Source: Delftia acidovorans NBRC 14950
Lineage (GTDB): Bacteria > Pseudomonadota > Gammaproteobacteria > Burkholderiales > Burkholderiaceae_C
Direction of reading: 5' to 3'
Length of the DNA: 32,000 nucleotides
Assembly: GCF_001598795.1 (NCBI RefSeq)
Contig: NZ_BCZP01000002.1
Coordinates: forward strand, 30,001 to 62,000
The position numbers and the translations under genes are program-made. Below are positions 30,713 through 32,000 of the stretch, in pieces. Each line of letters begins with the position of its first letter. Position 1 is the first letter of the stretch. The notes beneath the pieces were generated by a model. It saw only the letters and a list, made by a program, of their open reading frames with translations, did not search any database and was not told where the DNA came from.

Positions 30713-31969
30713 ATGACGACTGCTTCCACTCCTGCCACGCTGGGCATAGATTTCGGTACCTCCAACTCCGCCATGGCCTGGCGCGCCCCCGGCCAGACCG
30801 CACGCCTGTTGCCGCTGGAGGGCGATGCCTGCGGCATGCCCACGGCGCTGTTCTTCCATACGGACGAGCACAGCACCCATTTCGGGCGCGACGCCATGGC
30901 CCAGTACCTGGACGGCGAGCCGGGCCGGCTCATGCGCTCCCTCAAAAGCCTGCTGGGCAGTGCGCTGCTGCAGGAAAAGACGGCGGTGCACGACCAGTTC
31001 GTGAGCTACCAGGACATCATCGGCCTGTTCCTGCGCCGCGTGGCCGACCGGGCGCGTGCCTCGCTGGACGGCCGCCTGCCCGAGCGCGTGGTGCTGGGCC
31101 GGCCCGTGCATTTCGTGGACGACCATCCCGAGCGCGACCGCCAGGCCCAGCAGGCCCTGGCCGATGCCGCGCGCGTCGCAGGCCTGGGCGATGTGGATTT
31201 CCAGATGGAGCCCATTGCCGCCGCTCTGGACTACGAGCAGCGCCTCACGCAGGAATCCGTGGTGCTGGTGGTGGACATCGGCGGCGGTACCTCCGACTTC
31301 ACCGTCGTGCGCCTGGGGCCCGAGCAGGCCGGCCGCAGCGATCGCCGCGACGACATCCTGGCCACCAGCGGCGTGCACATCGGCGGTACGGACTTCGACC
31401 ACCGGCTCAACCTGGCCCAGCTCATGCCGCTGCTGGGCTACCGGCACATCGGTCCCAGCGGCCGCGAAGTGCCCAGCCGCGTGTTCTTCGACCTCTCGAC
31501 CTGGCACCTGATCCAGTGGCTGTACTCGCCCAAGGCCCTGGCCGAGGCGCGCAACCTGCGCACCGACTACAGCGACCAGCGCCTGCACAAGCGCCTGATG
31601 GAAGTGCTGGAACTGCGCGAAGGCCACCGCCTGGCCGCCGTGGTGGAGCAGGCCAAGATCGAGGCCTCCACGCGCCATGCCGAAGCGGCCATCGAGCTGG
31701 GCTGGCTGGAATCGGGCCTGTCCGCCGCCATCTCGCCCGAGGTGCTGCACGAGCAGCTGCAAGGCCCGCTGCAACAGGTCGTTGCCTGCGCCCAGGACTG
31801 CCTGCGCCTGGCCGGCGTGGCGCCCCAGGCGCTGGACGCCATCTACCTCACGGGCGGCTCATCGGCCCTGCGCACGCTGCGCGATGCGCTGCGCGAGGCC
31901 TTCCCCGGCGTGCCCCAGGTCGAAGGCGACCTGTTCGGTGGCGTGGCCACCGGCCTCGCGTATGCCTGA
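30713..31969 (+). CDS. Hsp70-family protein, YegD-like (actin-fold ATPase without substrate-binding domain)
   Basis: 418 aa. The phosphate-1 motif is LGIDFGTSNSAMA. Later motifs are VVDIGGGTSDFTVV and IYLTGGSSALR. ATG 30713 gives the short N-terminus typical of YegD. ATG 30638 is an alternative start. Confidence 0.8.
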   Translation: MTTASTPATLGIDFGTSNSAMAWRAPGQTARLLPLEGDACGMPTALFFHTDEHSTHFGRDAMAQYLDGEPGRLMRSLKSLLGSALLQEKTAVHDQFVSYQDIIGLFLRRVADRARASLDGRLPERVVLGRPVHFVDDHPERDRQAQQALADAARVAGLGDVDFQMEPIAAALDYEQRLTQESVVLVVDIGGGTSDFTVVRLGPEQAGRSDRRDDILATSGVHIGGTDFDHRLNLAQLMPLLGYRHIGPSGREVPSRVFFDLSTWHLIQWLYSPKALAEARNLRTDYSDQRLHKRLMEVLELREGHRLAAVVEQAKIEASTRHAEAAIELGWLESGLSAAISPEVLHEQLQGPLQQVVACAQDCLRLAGVAPQALDAIYLTGGSSALRTLRDALREAFPGVPQVEGDLFGGVATGLAYA

Positions 31970-32000
31970 TCAATCCGCGTCGCCGTCCTCCTCGGCGGCC

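Noticed and set aside
31970-32000. Possible 3' end of a minus-strand gene (reverse complement reads ...AAEEDGDAD-stop).
   Set aside because: Only about 10 codons are visible, too few to call or identify.

Overview
High-GC betaproteobacterial chromosome segment. The protein sequences and operon layout suggest Burkholderiales, probably Comamonadaceae, but this is unverified. There are three blocks. (1) 1-9430 is a glycerol locus: the glpK 5' end and glpR on the minus strand, then a plus-strand operon for a two-ATPase, two-permease, DUF2160, SBP glycerol-type ABC importer followed by glpD. (2) 9430-19100 is a lower-GC core block holding the spc and alpha ribosomal-protein operons (rplN through rplQ, with secY, rpmJ and rpoA), then an initiator tRNA-fMet and a bidirectional terminator. 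The block has its own promoter and leader and is not joined to an S10 operon. No infA lies between secY and rpmJ. (3) 19100-32000 is an accessory-looking block. It holds a small orphan gene and a DASS anion transporter. It then holds a tightly coupled seven-gene minus-strand operon: a peptide/opine-type ABC importer, a luciferase-like monooxygenase and two CMD/AhpD-fold proteins. Divergent from that operon are OsmC-like, VOC-fold and YegD-like Hsp70 genes. I found no CRISPR array, mobile element, rRNA or recognisable defence system. The best candidate for an uncharacterised system is the ABC-LLM-CMD-AhpD operon together with its divergent redox neighbours. Smaller unexplained signals are listed here. 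One is a terminator-bounded candidate sRNA or sORF between glpD and rplN. Another is a 53-codon upstream ORF whose stop overlaps the rplN start. A third is a ~125-bp structured repeat present twice inside the glp operon. A fourth is an A-rich 11-mer shared by the two glp control regions. The last is a long hairpin in the rpoA-rplQ spacer. Many long ORFs in the supplied track are GC-driven antisense or off-frame artefacts and were rejected.
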